Below, in pieces: positions 23,831-42,625 of a stretch of 64,000 bases of DNA. A program made the position numbers and the translations under genes. Below the pieces are notes generated by a model. The model saw only the letters and a list, made by a program, of their open reading frames with translations. It ran no database searches and was not told the DNA's origin. Source of the stretch: the human T2T-CHM13v2.0 reference genome, Homo sapiens; the NCBI RefSeq assembly GCF_009914755.1, contig NC_060925.1. One strand, given 5' to 3'. Each line of letters starts with the position of its first letter. Within the stretch, counting starts at the first letter, position 1.

Positions 23831-26562
23831 ATTAGCATTGCTATTGTTGTTGCCACTGTTAATACTACCCCATAGTAAGAATGTAACAACTTCAGTAGCA
23901 GAAGGAGAGGAGGAAAGTGATGCCCTCACAAACCGATGAACCTGGGTGGGAAGTAGGGTCTGCTTGGATCCAAATGTCCTATCTGGTATTATTTCTTATT
24001 CCCCAAATTTCTTCCAGATTCATGAACATCATCACAGGACTCAAGTGACTATAATTCAGTAAGTCCAAACCACTAACGTTATGTCTAATTAGCTAGTCTT
24101 AATCGACATTAAGATAAATAACTTTTCAAATTATTTTTCCTTGTGAAATTGAGACATGTTGGAGGGCAACCATCTATAATTTAAATCAATGAATTGAGAC
24201 AAATGTAATTTAGTGGTTGCTGAGAAAAGAGAGAAAAATTTTTTAATGCGCTAATCAACTCACCAGTGTTGATAGGGGAAAATTCTGAAACACATTAATC
24301 AGCTGTGGGTGAAACAGCTCAGAGACAGTATCATGCTGTTAAGAGCATAAACAAGCAGTAATGGTTGAAGAACAAGCAGCACTTGGCCTTCTTGGTCTCC
24401 TGCCAGTAGAGATTCCTCATCACCATCATCTCATTTTCTCTCACTTACAGTTGAAAAGTCTAGCCTTCAAGCATAGTGCCCACTGTCTGTAAAGAACACA
24501 GCTTGACATTTATTTTTGCTACCTATTTCTCACCTGTCCCACCTCCTTTCTCATTTCAGGCTCCTGATGACATCAATTTCTGAAAGTTTAAAATGTATTC
24601 AAGTAAATTTTCCTCCAAATTTGATTGTGCAGTGATAAAGGAAGCCACAGATTTGAACTGGGGATGAGAGCATGTGGAATAGCCACCCACTTCCTGCATG
24701 TTGTGAGTTGGGGTGACCCAAAGCTGACAACAGAGGCAAAGGCATAGCACAAATCCAAGAGTTGGAGTCAGGGCAGCACAATCTGACTCTGTAGTTGTAG
24801 AGGTAGCCTTGAGATGCTAAACATAGCTTTTCTTTGTTTTCAGCTTCTGTAGTGATAAAAAAAGAAATGTCAACTTTAGATTTCACACTCTAAGTTGTGA
24901 AAAATGAGAGCATATTTAATCAGTTGTGATTCTTTCTATTGAAAGTGATAAAGCTTGACACAAACTGTCTTGAGCAAAAATGGGAATTTATTGGCTTATA
25001 CAAGCAAAAATCTTGGGATGTATTCAGCTTAAGGCAGAATTAAAACCAAGAATTAAAACAAAGCTCTCAGAATTTTCATTGACAAGCTCTGCTTTCCCTC
25101 CATATGCTCTAGCCAGGGAGCTCTAACTCTCCCATCATGGTGACAGGTGGTGAGCCATCTCCAGCCTCACAGTCTTTCAATTAAGATGAGCAGGAAGCAC
25201 ATGAGAATCTTTTCTGTGGACCCCAGAGTACTGCCTTTACTAGTTCAACTGACCGGGGGGTACACACTGAAGTGTGGTAGTCAAGAGCTCAAGCTCTAAG
25301 TAATTTCCTGGTTTGCAGCCCAGCCCTGTGACCTGGGGAAACTTAGCAACCCTCTCTGAGCTTTATCTATAAAGAGGGCTGGTACCTGCTGCTTAGGGAA
25401 AGTATAAAACTCAGATAGGCTTATGCAGACCAAGAGCACAGGGCAGTGCGGATGGCACATGGCAAGAACTTGGTGAATGTTTGCTGCCGTCATCATACCC
25501 CCACCCTGAGTCAGTCACAGGGCCAGAGGAATGATCTGAACTGATTGCTTGGGCAATAATCTGAGATTCTGTGCCTGGGCAGACCACCCAGGCAGAGAAG
25601 AGGAAGCACAGACCTTCACACTAAATTTACATCATCCCCAGGGGAGACGATCCCATGTTATAAAGTGGGTGGGACACCTTATGACATGAGGAGGGGCATC
25701 TCACTTCTCCTTCTGCTCCTCAGCTGTGCTGGAGCTGTGCATGCTGCAGTGAGCGCCAGCTCCCTCCACCCTGGAATTCTGCTGATCTCAGCGGCATGGT
25801 TGGTTTGCTTCCTCTGGCTCTCACGCTAGTTGAAGTTGCAGACTCATCCATGTGTAAGAACTGTCCAAGGGGTGCTTGAAGGGCACTCTCAACATTGCAT
25901 TGCATTGCATTGCCAAGCCACAAACACAGCTTTATGCTCCAAACTCTTCAAGATCAAGAGTATCAACAGCGCTCGGCCTGTTTCCATCGATGAGAAGCAG
26001 GCTTCCATCTATTCAGAATGAGAGCCACCACACCAGTTCAAAATGATGAAGCTAGAAGGGGAAACAATTTCCCCAATGTGAAGCTGACAGCTAGCCCCCT
26101 GCTTTGACCGACGTGGCTTCTGTGGGCACCCGGAGCAGGGCATGGTATGACTCACAGGGCTTCACCTCCTTGACAATGTGGGAAGTCAGGATGGAAGGAA
26201 GGAGGTGAGGCTGAGAGTGGGGGCACAGGCTCTTATCCTTAAAATTAGGAATTCTTGGAGGGAAGTCTCATGACATCGCTGAACCTCAGTTTCCTCGTCT
26301 GTGAAAGAGGAAAATAATCCCTGCCTCGCTGAACTGATGTAAGGACTGAATGAGGTGGTGTGTGCAAGTGGCCAGTGAACAGCAGGCCTTCGTACATTGT
26401 TAATATGCAGGATTTCATCATCGTTCTAAAGTTAAATTAGGAATAATCTTGATCTGTCCATTCATTTTTTCATTCATTCATTCTTCCATTAAGCATGACC
26501 CAGAGCCTTTGTCTTCCTGGAAACTGAAGCACTCCCAGGGAATGCGTCTTCCCTCCTTTCAG

Positions 26563-26655
26563 TTCTGTAACCGTAGTAAATGAGCAGGTTGCTCTCTGTC
26601 TTGACTTTACTTTTCAAATTAACTTTAAAAATCTATCCTCACCGAGGAAAGGAAT
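26563..26655 (+). repeat. 93-bp dispersed direct repeat, copy 2
   Basis: Matches 23240-23332 with 2 mismatches. Confidence 0.95.
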
Positions 26656-27157
26656 GCTAATAAAACCTCCCACATTAGACCGGGTTGCAAAAGAAGTCAT
26701 ACACATAATCCTTTCCCAGGTTCACCAATTTTGCTACTTTGACATCCTGGTCCTAGGTGTGCCTAACAGCCACCAGTTTGATACATGGCCCTGAGTCACC
26801 TTGCCACATTAGACAAACCTACCCATTGATCCATAAGCAGTTCTCTGTTGTTCTTGATCCATTTGTGCCACTCCCGTGGGCAAGCCCTTGCTCTGCTCAG
26901 CATGGAGGGTCTATCTCTTGGCTGCTTTTAAGCCTAGTCTCAAAATATCTGTGGGGTTTTGGTAAGCTGGTTAAACTCTCCAGGCTTCAGTTTCCTCAGT
27001 CATAAAACAGGGAAGAAGTCAAAATCACCTCTCAGGGCTGTTAGTCTAACCGAGGCAAATAAGTGCTCTCAGTAAAACTGCAAAGTACTACACAGCTGGC
27101 AGCTGTACCAAGCTTGCCTTCCTCCTCCTCCTTTATCCTCCTCCCCCTGCTCCTGCT

Positions 27158-27550
27158 TGGCATGGCTTGGATCTGTGTCCCCACCCAAATCTCATGTGGA
27201 ATTGTTATCCCCAGTGTTGGAGGTGGGGCCTTGTGGTAGGTGATTGGATCAGGGAGGCAGTTTCTAATGGTTTAACACCATCCTCATACTGCTGTCTCGT
27301 GATAGAGTTCTCGCAAGATCTGACTGTTTAAAAATGTGTAGCACCTCCTCACTCTTCTTTCTCCAGCCATGTAAGATGAGCCTGCTTTCCCTTTGCCTTC
27401 TTCCATGATTTTAAGTTTCCTGAGGGCTCCCCAGAAGCTGCTATGCTTCCTGTGCAGCCTGCAGAACCACGAGCCAATTAAACTTCTTTTCTTTATCAAT
27501 TACCCAGTCTCAGGTATTTCTTTACAGCAATGTGAGAACGGCCTAATACA
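27158..27550 (+). mobile_element. MSTA-type solo LTR
   Basis: ggatctgtgtccccacccaaatctcatg...gagaacggcctaataca. TSD ctgct (27153-27157 / 27551-27555). Confidence 0.9.
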
Positions 27551-29008
27551 CTGCTCTTCCTCTTTCTCTTCTCCTTTTTTTTAACCTATGGCAGATTTGA
27601 GGATAAAATTACATAATGCAAGTGAAAGATCTCTAAAAACTACAGCGTTCCATGATGTTTTATCTCCATCATCAATATTACATTCAACTGCTGCTTGATG
27701 ATTAATGCACAACGAATTGTCTCTTCCAGGTACAATCAAACACGTAGAAGACCAGGTTGCAATCATGTTTCCCCAAGTTTGCTTTTCCTGACAGATGCTC
27801 TATTTTCCAATCTTTATATTTTCATTAAAAAAGTTCCACCCCAGAACCTCACTCCAACATTTTGAAAATATACTGAACATACCTGTGCTTTAGAAGCAGG
27901 GCCTGAATATGTATTTGTTTCCTGGTGAACCAACTGATGGAGTTATGCAATGCTGGCATAAATTCACAGCTCATTAAACCAGCCACATAAAACATTATGG
28001 GAGCAAACACCTCCCTGAGGAGTCTAGTGGAAAAGAATAAGGAAGCCACAGCCTACATCAAGCCAGATGCCTAATCAGAGCCAACGGTACACACAGAAAG
28101 TGCTGATGAAGAGCTTCAGTATGGTGCCGCGTTGGAGTAAATTATGTAATTGTTAATCAACGAGGCATTATCATCCTTGATATTTCATTCACTGCCTAGG
28201 TATCCGGAGACACTCACCTGTCTTCTTGTTATTACATATTTTGCAGGACAATGCACTGAGAGATTAGAGTTCATAGCAACCGCCATGTATTTTTATTCTT
28301 TCCTGGCTGTGTATGTTACCGAGAAACATAGAGCCTTAACAAGGCCTTTTAGATGTAAAATAATATACAGGGAAACTGTGCTTATTGTGGGGTTTCACAG
28401 AGAGTGATGACAATTAGGAATCCCTGTGCCCCTGATTAATGCGTGTTTATAAACACATGTGAAGTGCCTGCCACCCCGTGGTACAATGCAGGAGACAGAG
28501 CATGGTTCTGACGAAACGGCCTAGACACAGTATCTAAGCCAGGCATCTGAGAGAAGGCTGACCTCTCCTCTTAGGCTCAGGGGGGTTTGTCGTGGGGGCT
28601 GCCTGATCAGCAATGGGAAGACTGAGATAAACACAGGCCTCAACTTCCAGTATTGCCTGCGTGTGCAATGCTCAGTTGCTAACTCACAGAAGTCTAAGAG
28701 TTTTTTTTATCCAAGACACTTTTTCACCATCAGCAAGAGAAAAGTATCTCCAGGGTATGACCGTGATGAATCTTGAGGATCCGAAGGGGTCCCACTTCCC
28801 TCTTAACTTTCTGCCTTGGGGACAGCTTATTGGCGATGTTTGCTCATTTGAGAAATGTATCACTTAGGGTTCTACTAGAGAAAGAGAACCACTAGGAGAT
28901 GTATATCTACATCTGTATCTATATCTCTATATCTATATCTATACCTATATCTCTACATGTATATCCATATTTATATGATACAGATGTAGAGATATGAACA
29001 TGGATATG

Positions 29009-29419
<411 letters not shown>

Positions 29420-29598
29420 TAGACACATAGATAAATAAATCTCTATCTCTATGCATATGATAGATATATTGATATGGATATAGATATATCTACATCTATA
29501 CCTAATCTCTAAACCTATATCCATGTGTATACAGATACCTATATTTATAGATCTATACCCATCTCTATATTCATATATCTTTATATCTGTATCTATAC

Positions 29599-29966
29599 AC
29601 TCTATAATTTAAATGTGCCCCCCAGCAAGCCTGTGTTGGGAACTTAATCCCCAATGCAACAGTGTTGACAGGTGGCACATTTGAGAAGTGATTAGGCCAT
29701 GAGGGCTTTGCTCTCATGAATAGATTAATGCTGATTTAAAAAGGATCTGAGGCTGCCAGTTTGATCTCTTGCTGTCTCTCGCATGGGCTCTTTTCTCCTT
29801 CTGCCTTCCACCATGGGATGATGCAGTGAGAAGGCCCTCACCAGATGAGGCTGCTCAATTTTGAACTTCACAGCCTCCAGAATTATGAGCCAAATGCATT
29901 TCTGTTCACTATAAATTACTCAGTCTGTGGTATTGTGTTATAGCAGCACAAAACAGACTAAGGAAA
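29599..29966 (+). mobile_element. MSTD/MSTC-like MaLR LTR
   Basis: gtgttgggaacttaatccccaatgcaacagtgttg...tatagcagcacaaaacagactaag. Confidence 0.75.
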
Positions 29967-30879
29967 TATGTGTGTGTGTGTTTATGAAAAGAGAGCAGGA
30001 GAAGGAGAAAGAGAGAGATCTCTAAGATCTCTCTGTACAGGGAAATAGAATAGAGGGGTATCTATCTCTATAACCATATATATATTTGAATCTATCTATC
30101 TATCTATACAGGGATATTTATGGATAGATCTCTATCTCTGTATCTATATAACTATATATAGAGAGATGAATATGAATATGGACATAGAGACATGTGGATA
30201 TAGAGACATAGATCTATAGATACACATATATTAAGAGATTTACTGCAAGGAATTGGCTTACATGATTGGGGAAGCTGTCCAGTGGGAAAGCGGGAGGGCA
30301 GGCAGGAAACTCTCCTGCAGGAGCTGACACTGCAATCCCCAGGTAGAGTTTCTTCTTCCTTGGGGAAACCTCCGTTTTGCTCTTAAAGCCTTTTAACTGA
30401 TTGGATAAGGCTCACCCAGACTATTAAGGATAAGCTCCCTCTCTGAAAGCCAACTGCTTGCAGATGCCGACCACATCTGCCAAATACTTTCACTGAAGCG
30501 TGTAGGTTAGTGTCTGGTTGAGTCACTGGGTACATCAGCTTAGCCATGTTGACACATGGAGGTGTCCATCACAGGAAGTGAATGTGAGAATTCTTACCAG
30601 GTTTGAGAGCATAGTAGGAGTGCTGAGAAGTTAAATATGGGAAAATAATTTGGGGGAAGAATTTCTGTCAACTCTTCAAATTATTGGGTGTACCATGTAT
30701 GTGTTAAACACCAGTCAGCCACAAACATACCCTTAACACTCTTTCAATAACTCATGGACTAGCTTATGCACTAGCTCATGCATGTACTAATGCTGTGCTC
30801 CACCCTGCATGGCTGTGTGAAGCAGGTTCACACTGCACTGGTATCAATCCCAGGGGAGAACTCTGAACACCTTATCCAC

Positions 30880-31320
30880 TGTATCATGAGCTGGAACAAT
30901 TTCTATCACATGTCTGAGTCTAGTGAGGCAGAACACCCACACACAAGACACGTGAAGCATGTTACTTACAGCAAGGAACAACAGAAGCCTAGGGTTCATG
31001 GTGAGCCAGTCCTCCAAGACTCAGGTAAGGTGTTCAGAGTGCATGGACCTTTTCTCCTTAATTCCTCTATAGCGGAGGGACTCTGGAACACAACCTACCC
31101 TCCGTTTTATATCCTGGGTGAAACATGACTTGTGGGCTAAAGCATTGTAGGACATTCTGTTCTACAAGGAACAACAACAGAGCCCAGGCTATTCCAGCCA
31201 GTTCATCCTTAGCTCAAGGTATTATATTCTCAGCATGTTCTATGGTTATTCTTGAGAACTACAAGTGAGTAAAGGAGGACAACTGGTTCAGTCCACAGCC
31301 AACTGGAGAACCGTCCTGCA
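30880..31320 (-). mobile_element. Old ERVL-type LTR (MER54/MER73/MER74-like, subfamily uncertain)
   Basis: Reverse-strand start tgcaggacggttctccagttggctgtggac resembles this group. Confidence 0.4.
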
Positions 31321-31357
31321 GGCTGAATTACCAAACTGCCATATAACTCTAGAAGGA

Positions 31358-33661
31358 TGATATGGTTTGGCTGTGTCCCACCCAAATCTCATCTTGAATT
31401 GTAGCTCCCATAATCTCCATGTGTCATGGGAGAGACCCTGTGGGAAGTAATTGAATCATAAGGGTGGGTTTTTCCCATCTGTTCTCATGAGAGTGAATAA
31501 GTCTCGTGAGATCTGATGGTTTAATAAATGGGAGTTCCCCTGTACATGCTCTCTTGCCTGCCACCATGTTAAACATAGTTTTGCTTCTCCTTTGCCTTCC
31601 ACCATGATTGTAAGGCCTCCCCAGCCATGTGGAACTGTGAGTCCATTAAACCTCTCTTTCTTTATAAATTACCCAGTCTCTGGTATGTCTTTATTAGCAG
31701 CATGAGGACAGACTAATACAATAAATTGGTACCAGGTAGTAGGATGCTGCTGTAAAGATACCCAAAAATGTGGAAGCAACTTTGGAACTGGGTAACAGGC
31801 AGAGGTTGGAACTGTTTGGAGGGCTCAGAAGAAAACAGGAAGATGTGGGAAAGTTTAGAACTTCCTAGAGACTTGGAGGGCTCAGAAGACAGAGAGATGT
31901 GGGAAAGTTCAAAACTTCCTGAAGACTTGTTGAATGGCTTTGATCAAAATGCTGATAGTGGTATGAATGATAAAGTCCAGGCTGAAGTGGTCTCAGACGG
32001 TGATGAGAAACTTGTTGGGAACTGGAGTAAAAGTCACTCTTGCTATGCAAAGAGACTGGTGGCATTTTGTCCTTGCCCTAGAGACCTATGGAACTTTGAA
32101 CTTGAGAGAGATGATTTAGGGTAACTGGTGGCAGAAATTTCTAAGCAGCAAAATGTTCAAGAGAAAGCAGAGCATAAAAACTTCACAAATTTGCAGCCAG
32201 GCAATGCAGTAGAAAAGAAAAACCCATTTTCTGGGGAGAAATTCAAGCCAGCTGCAGAAATTTGCATAAGTAATGAGAAGCCAAATGTTAATTGCCAGGA
32301 CAATGGGGAAAGTGTCTCCAGGGTATGTCAGATACCTCTGTGGCAGCCCCTCCCATCACAGACCTGGAGGCCTAGAAGGAAAAAATGGTTTGTGGGCCAA
32401 GCCCAGGATGACCTTGCTGAATGCAGCCTAGGAACTTGGTGCCCTGCGTCCCAGCCACTCCAGCCATAGCTAAAAGGGGACAAGGTACAGCTCGGACTGT
32501 GGCTTCAGAGGGTGCAAGCCCCAAGCCTTGGCAGCTTCCACATGGTGTTGAGTCTGCAGGTGCATGGAAGTCAAGAATTGAGGTTTGGGAACCTCTGCCT
32601 AGATTTCAGAAGATGTATGGAAATGCCTGGATGTCCAGTTTGCTGCAGGGGTGGGACTCTCATGAAGAACCTCTACTAGGGCAGTGTGGAAAGCAAATGT
32701 GGGGTTGGAGCCCCCAAACAGAGTCCCCACTGGGACACTGCCTAGTGGAGCTGTGAGAAGAGGACTGCCATCCTCCAGGCCCCAGAATGGTAGATCCACT
32801 GACAGGTTGCACTGTGTGCCTGGAAAAGCCACAGACACTCAATGCCAGCCTGTGAAAGCAGCCTGCAGGGAGGCTGTACCCTGCAAAGCCACAAGAGCAG
32901 AGCTGCTCAAGGCTGTGGGAGCCCACCTCTTGCATCAGTGTGACCCAGATCCAAGACATGTGGTAAAAGGAGATCATTTTGGAGATTTAAGATTTGACTT
33001 CCCTACTGAATTTTGGACTTGTATGGGGCCTGCAGCCCCTTCAGTTTGGCCAATTTCTCCCATTTGGAATGGATGTATTTACCCAATGCCTGTACCCCCA
33101 TTGTATCTAGGAAGTAACTAACTTGCTTTTGATTTCACAGGCTCATAGGCAGAAAGGACTTGCCTTGTCTCAGATGAGACTTTGGACTGTGGACTTTTGA
33201 GTTAATGCTGAAATGAGTTAAGACTTTGGGGGACTGTTGGGAAGGCATGATTGGTTTTGAAATGTGAAGACATGAGATTGAGGAGGAGCCAGGTGTGGAA
33301 TCACATGATTTGGCTGGGTCTACACCCAAATCTCATCTTGAATTTTACTCCCATAATCTACCATGTCATAGGAGGGACCTGGTGGAAGGTAATTGAATCA
33401 TGGGGCTGGTTTTTCCCATGCTGTTCTCATGATAGTGAATAGGTCTCATGATATCTGATGGTTTCATAAAGGGCAGTTCCCCTCACATTTCCTCTTGCCT
33501 GCTGCCATGTAAGATGTACCTTTGTTCCTCCTTCACCTTTTGCCATGATTATGAGGCTTCTCAAGCCATGAGGAACTGTGAGTTCATTAAACTTCTTCTT
33601 TTAAATAAATTACCCAGTCTCCAGTATGTCTGTATTAGTAGTGTGAGAACAGACTAATACA
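31358..33661 (+). mobile_element. Complete THE1C/D-type MaLR element (5' LTR 31358-31720, 3' LTR ~33301-33661)
   Basis: tgatatggtttggctgtgtcc...cagactaataca LTRs, MaLR internal ORF remnants, near-TSD aagga/aaggg. Confidence 0.95.
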
Positions 33662-34659
33662 AAGGGAGACCCTAGTTTTTTTTTTTCTTATTTTATTATT
33701 ATACTTTAGGTTTTAGGGTACATGTGCATAATGTGCAGGTTTATTAGATATGTATACATGTGCCATGTTGGTGTGCTGCACCCATTAACTCATCATTTTA
33801 CATTAGGTATATCTCCTAATGCTATCTCTCCCCCGTCCCCCACCCCACAACAGGCCCCAGTGTGTGATGTTCCCCATCCTGTGTCCAAGTGTTCTCATTG
33901 TTCAATTCCCACCTATGAGTTAGAACATGCAGTGTTTGGTTTTCTGTCCTTGTGATAGTTTGCTGAGAATGATGGTTTCCAGCTTCATCCATGTTCCTAC
34001 AAAGGACAAGAATTCATCCTTTTTTATGGCTGCATAGTATTCCATAGTGTATATGTGCCACATTTTCTTAATCCAGTCTATCGTTGTTGGACATTTGGGG
34101 TGGTTCCAAGTCTTTGCTATTGTGAATAGTGCCACAATAAACATACGTGTGCATGTGTCTTTATAGCAGCATGATTTATAGTCATTTGGGTATATACCCA
34201 GTAATGGTATGGCTGGGTCAAATGGTATTTCTAGTTCTAGATCCTTGAGGAATCGCCACACTGTCTTCCATAATGGTTGAACTAGTTTAGAGTCCCACCA
34301 ACAGTGTAAAAGTGTTCCTATTTCTCCACATCCTCTCCAGCACCTGTTGTTTCCTGACATTTAATGATCGCCATTCTAATTGGTGTGAGATGGTATCCCA
34401 TTGTGGTTTTGATTTGCATTTTTCTGATGGCCAGAGATGATGAGCATTTTTTCATGTGTCTGTCGGCTGCATAGATGTCTTCTTTTGAGAAGTGTCTGTT
34501 CATATCCCTTGCCCACATTTTGATGGGGTTGTTTGATTTTTTCTTGTACATTTGTTTGAGTTCTTTGTAGATTCTGGATATTAGCCTTTTGTCAGATGGG
34601 TAGATGGCAAAAATTTTCTCCCATTCTGTAGGTTGCCTATTCACTCTGATGCTAGTTTC

Positions 34660-39050
<4,391 letters not shown>

Positions 39051-39119
39051 TTATTTTGCTCGTTAGTTGATGCAGTTTCTTCCTAGCATCGATGGTCTTT
39101 ACAATTTGGCATGTTTTTG

Positions 39120-40125
39120 CAGTGGCTGGTACCAGTTGTTCCTTTCCATGTTTAGTGCTTCCTTCAGGAGCTCTTGTAAGGCACTCCTGGTGGTGACAAA
39201 ATCCCTCAGCATTTGCTTGTCTGTAAAGTATTTTATTTCTCCTTCACTTATGAAGCTTAGTTTGGCTGGATGTGAAATTCTGGGTTAAAAATTCTTTTCT
39301 TTAAGAATGTTGAATATTGGTCCCCCCTCTCCTGCGGCTTGTGGAGTTTCTGCCAAGAGATCCGCTGTTAGTCTGATGGGCTTCCCTTTGTGGGTAACCT
39401 GACCTTTCTCTCTGGCTGCCTTTAACATTTTTTTCCTTCATTTCAACTTTGGTGAATCTGACAATTATTTGTCTTGGAGTTGCTCTTCTCGAGGAGTATC
39501 TTTGTGGCATTCTCTGTATTTCCTGAATTCGAATGTTGGCCTGCCTTTCTGGGTTGGGGAAGTCCTCCTGGATAATATCCTGAAGAGTGTTTTCCAACTT
39601 GGTTCCATTCTCCTCATCACTTTCAGGTCCACCAATCAGACGTAGATTTGGTCTTTTCACATAGTCCCATATTTCTTGGAGGCTTTGTTCATTTCTTTTT
39701 ACTCTTTTTTCTCTAAACTTCTCTTCTTGCTTCATTTCATTCATTTCATCTTCAATCGCTGATACCCTTTCTTCTAGTTGATTGAATCAGCTACCGAAGC
39801 TTGTGCATGCATCACGTAGTTCTCGTGCCATGGTTTTCAGCTCCATCAGGTAATTTAAGGTCTTCTGTACATTGTTTATTCTAGTTAGCCATTCATCTAA
39901 TCTTTTTTCAAGGTTTTTAGCTTCTTTGCGATGGGTTCGAACATCCTCCTTTAGCTCAGAGAAGTTTGTTATTACCGATCATCTGAAGCCTTCTTCTCTC
40001 AACTTGTCAGTCATTCTCTGTCCAACTTTGTTCCGTTGCTGGCAAGGAGCTGCATTCTTTTGGAGGAGAAGAGGAGCTCTGATTTTTAGAATTTTCAGCT
40101 TTTCTGCTCTGGTTTCTCCCCCATC
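39120..40125 (-). pseudogene. Disrupted L1 ORF1
   Basis: EQSLQEIWDYVKRPNLRLIG...ENTLQDIIQE peptide, frameshifted. Confidence 0.9.
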
Positions 40126-42204
40126 TTTGTGGTTTTATCTACCTTTGGTCTTCGATGATGGTGACATACAGATGGGGTTTTGGTGTGGATGTCGTTTCTG
40201 TTCGTTAGTTTTCCTTCCAACAGGGCCCTCAGCTGCAAGTCTGTTGGAGTTTGCTGGAGGTGCACTCCAGACTCTGTTTGCCTGGGTATCACCAGCGGAG
40301 GCTGCAGAACAGCAAATATTGCAGAACGGCAAATGGTGCTGTCTGATCGTTCCTCTGGAAGCTTCATCTCAGAGGGGCTCCTGGCCGTATGAGGTGTCAG
40401 TCGGCCCCTACTGGGAGGTGCCTCCCAGATAGGCTACTCGGGGGTCAGGGACCCACTTAAGGAGGCAGTCTGTCCGTTCTCAGATCTCAAACTCCATGCT
40501 GGGAGAACCACTACTCTCTTCAAAGCTGTCACACAGGGACTTTTAAGTCTGCAGAAGTTTCTGCTGCCTTTTGTTCAACTATGCCCTGCCCCTAGAGGTG
40601 GAGTCTACAGAGGCAGGCAGGCCCTCTTGAGCTGTGGTGGGCTCCACCCAGTTCAAGCTTCCCGGCCACTCTGTTTACCTACTCAAGCCTCAGCAATGGT
40701 GGGCGCTCCTCCCCCAGCCTTGCTGCCACCTTGCAGTTGGATCTCAGACTGCTGTGCTAGCAGTGAGCAAGGCTCCATGGGCGTGGGACCCTCCGAGCCA
40801 TGCATGGGATATAATCTCCTGGTGTGCCGTTTGCTAAGACCATTGGAAAAGCACAGTATTAGGGTGGGAGAGACACGATTTTCCAGGTGCCCTCTTTCAT
40901 GGCTTCCCTTGGCTAGGGAAGGGAATTTCCTGACCCCTTGCACTTCCTGGGTGAGGTGATACTCCACCCTGCTTCGGCTCACACTCCGTGTGCTGCAGCC
41001 ACTGTCCTTCACCCACTGTCCGACAAGCCCCAGTGAGATGAACCCAGTACTTCAGTTGGAAATGCAGAAATCACCCATCTTCTGCGTCACTTACACTGGG
41101 AGCTGTAGACTGGAGCTGCTCCTATTCGACCATCTTGGAACCTCTCCCCGGGAGACCCCAGTTTTATCCCCACTTTATTGATGATGAAGCACAGGTGCAG
41201 TCATGCAAGAAGCTCACAGCAGAGCTAGGATTTGAGCCCAAGAATCCTGTCACCTGTTTTTAATCTTTTTTTTTAAATAAGACTTCCAAATGATCTTTGT
41301 ATTTTGAACCAATTCTGAATTATTCTGTTGAGGCTGATAGGAGTTAGCACTGATGATCCCAATCATTACCCATGAAGTTTTGGACAAGTCATTCTGCCTC
41401 TCTTGGTCTCCGTTTTACCACAGGTTAAATGGGGGTACACTCCCCCTTTTAGGCAGCCTCTTAGTTTTAAGATCGCTGACAAGTTTCGAAGGCATAAAGT
41501 GTGTGGATATGTTTTATAAATTGTAAGAACTGTGCATATGGGAAACATTCTTTTCCCTTAACTTCTTACATGCATAATTTTCCCAGCAACTACATCTGTG
41601 CTCAGCTTTGCTTAATGAATTGCCCTACACAACAGGCAGGAATAGCTCCATGGCACATGAGGTGCAATTTAAAACATGGCATCTCTAAAATGCATTTATT
41701 TCTAGCCCTTTTTCCATATGATTGAAGAGAAGTCTCATTTCTCTGTATCCTCCTTTTGCTCTCCTGTGTCTCCTAGAACCAGAGGCTCTAGGAGTCCTCA
41801 GGGCAAGGTCTCCATCCATGACAGATAGAAGCCTCTGAGACTCCCTGCCCAAGCTCATATCCCCATTGCGAGTAATCTCCTCTGTCCAAAGTTAGCCACC
41901 AGGCAACTTGCAGAGGCACCTAGGGACTCATGTTCAAAATCTTAGCCTCTACAAACACCTGTGGTTAGGGCCCTGTCCCTGGCACTTCCCAATTGCAAAG
42001 TTTGGGCCACTTTTCTCTTTTCTAACTGCAGACTCCAGTTCCTTCCTTCCAGGATAGTGCAACCCTGATGTGCTTCCCCCTTGAAAACAGCTCATGCCAG
42101 CCCTACACGCTGTCCTCCTTCATAGAATGGCAGCCCTGGTTTCAGAGGAGCCTGGGTCTTTGGGAAGAAAAGGCCATTGTCTCCTTGGCAAAAAGGTCAA
42201 AGGA

Positions 42205-42400
42205 GCTGTCTCCTCCTCCTTCTCCTCCTTTTTCTTCTCCTCTTCTTCTCCCTTCTCCTCCTCCTCTCTCTTCTCTTCCTTCCCTGCCTCCTCTTCATTT
42301 TCCCCTCTCCTGGTCCTCTTCCTCCTCCTCATCTCCCTACTCCTTCTCCTCCTCTTCTTCCTCATGTTTGTCCTCCTCTATCTCCTCCTCTGCCTTCTTT
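42205..42400. repeat. CT-rich polypyrimidine low-complexity tract
   Basis: ~190 bp of (CCT/TCT)n-like sequence. Confidence 0.9.
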
Positions 42401-42625
42401 TTGCTTGTTTAGTCTGAAGCTGTGACTACAAACCACTTTTTTTTTGGTCAGTATCTCAACTCATCAGGTCTGTTTTCATAAGTAAACAGGCATGGGGTGA
42501 GTAGTTGCAGTGGTTGTAGGTGTTGGAGGTGCCAGTCCTCCCTCACACACAGCTCTCACCCAGTGTTTTGGGTGGAACCTGAAAGTGAGGATGGAGCCCA
42601 TTTGTAGAGCTCTCCAAGGAAGCCT

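Noticed and set aside
25892-25913. (CATTG)n as a satellite fragment
   Set aside because: Only about four units; an ordinary microsatellite.
31816-31930. ~57-bp tandem repeat in the THE1 internal region as a local novelty
   Set aside because: The units are diverged and I recall this duplication in other THE1 internal copies, so it is probably a subfamily feature.
42068-42425. Ser/Pro-rich or Glu-rich ORFs
   Set aside because: Translation artefacts of the CT-rich tract.
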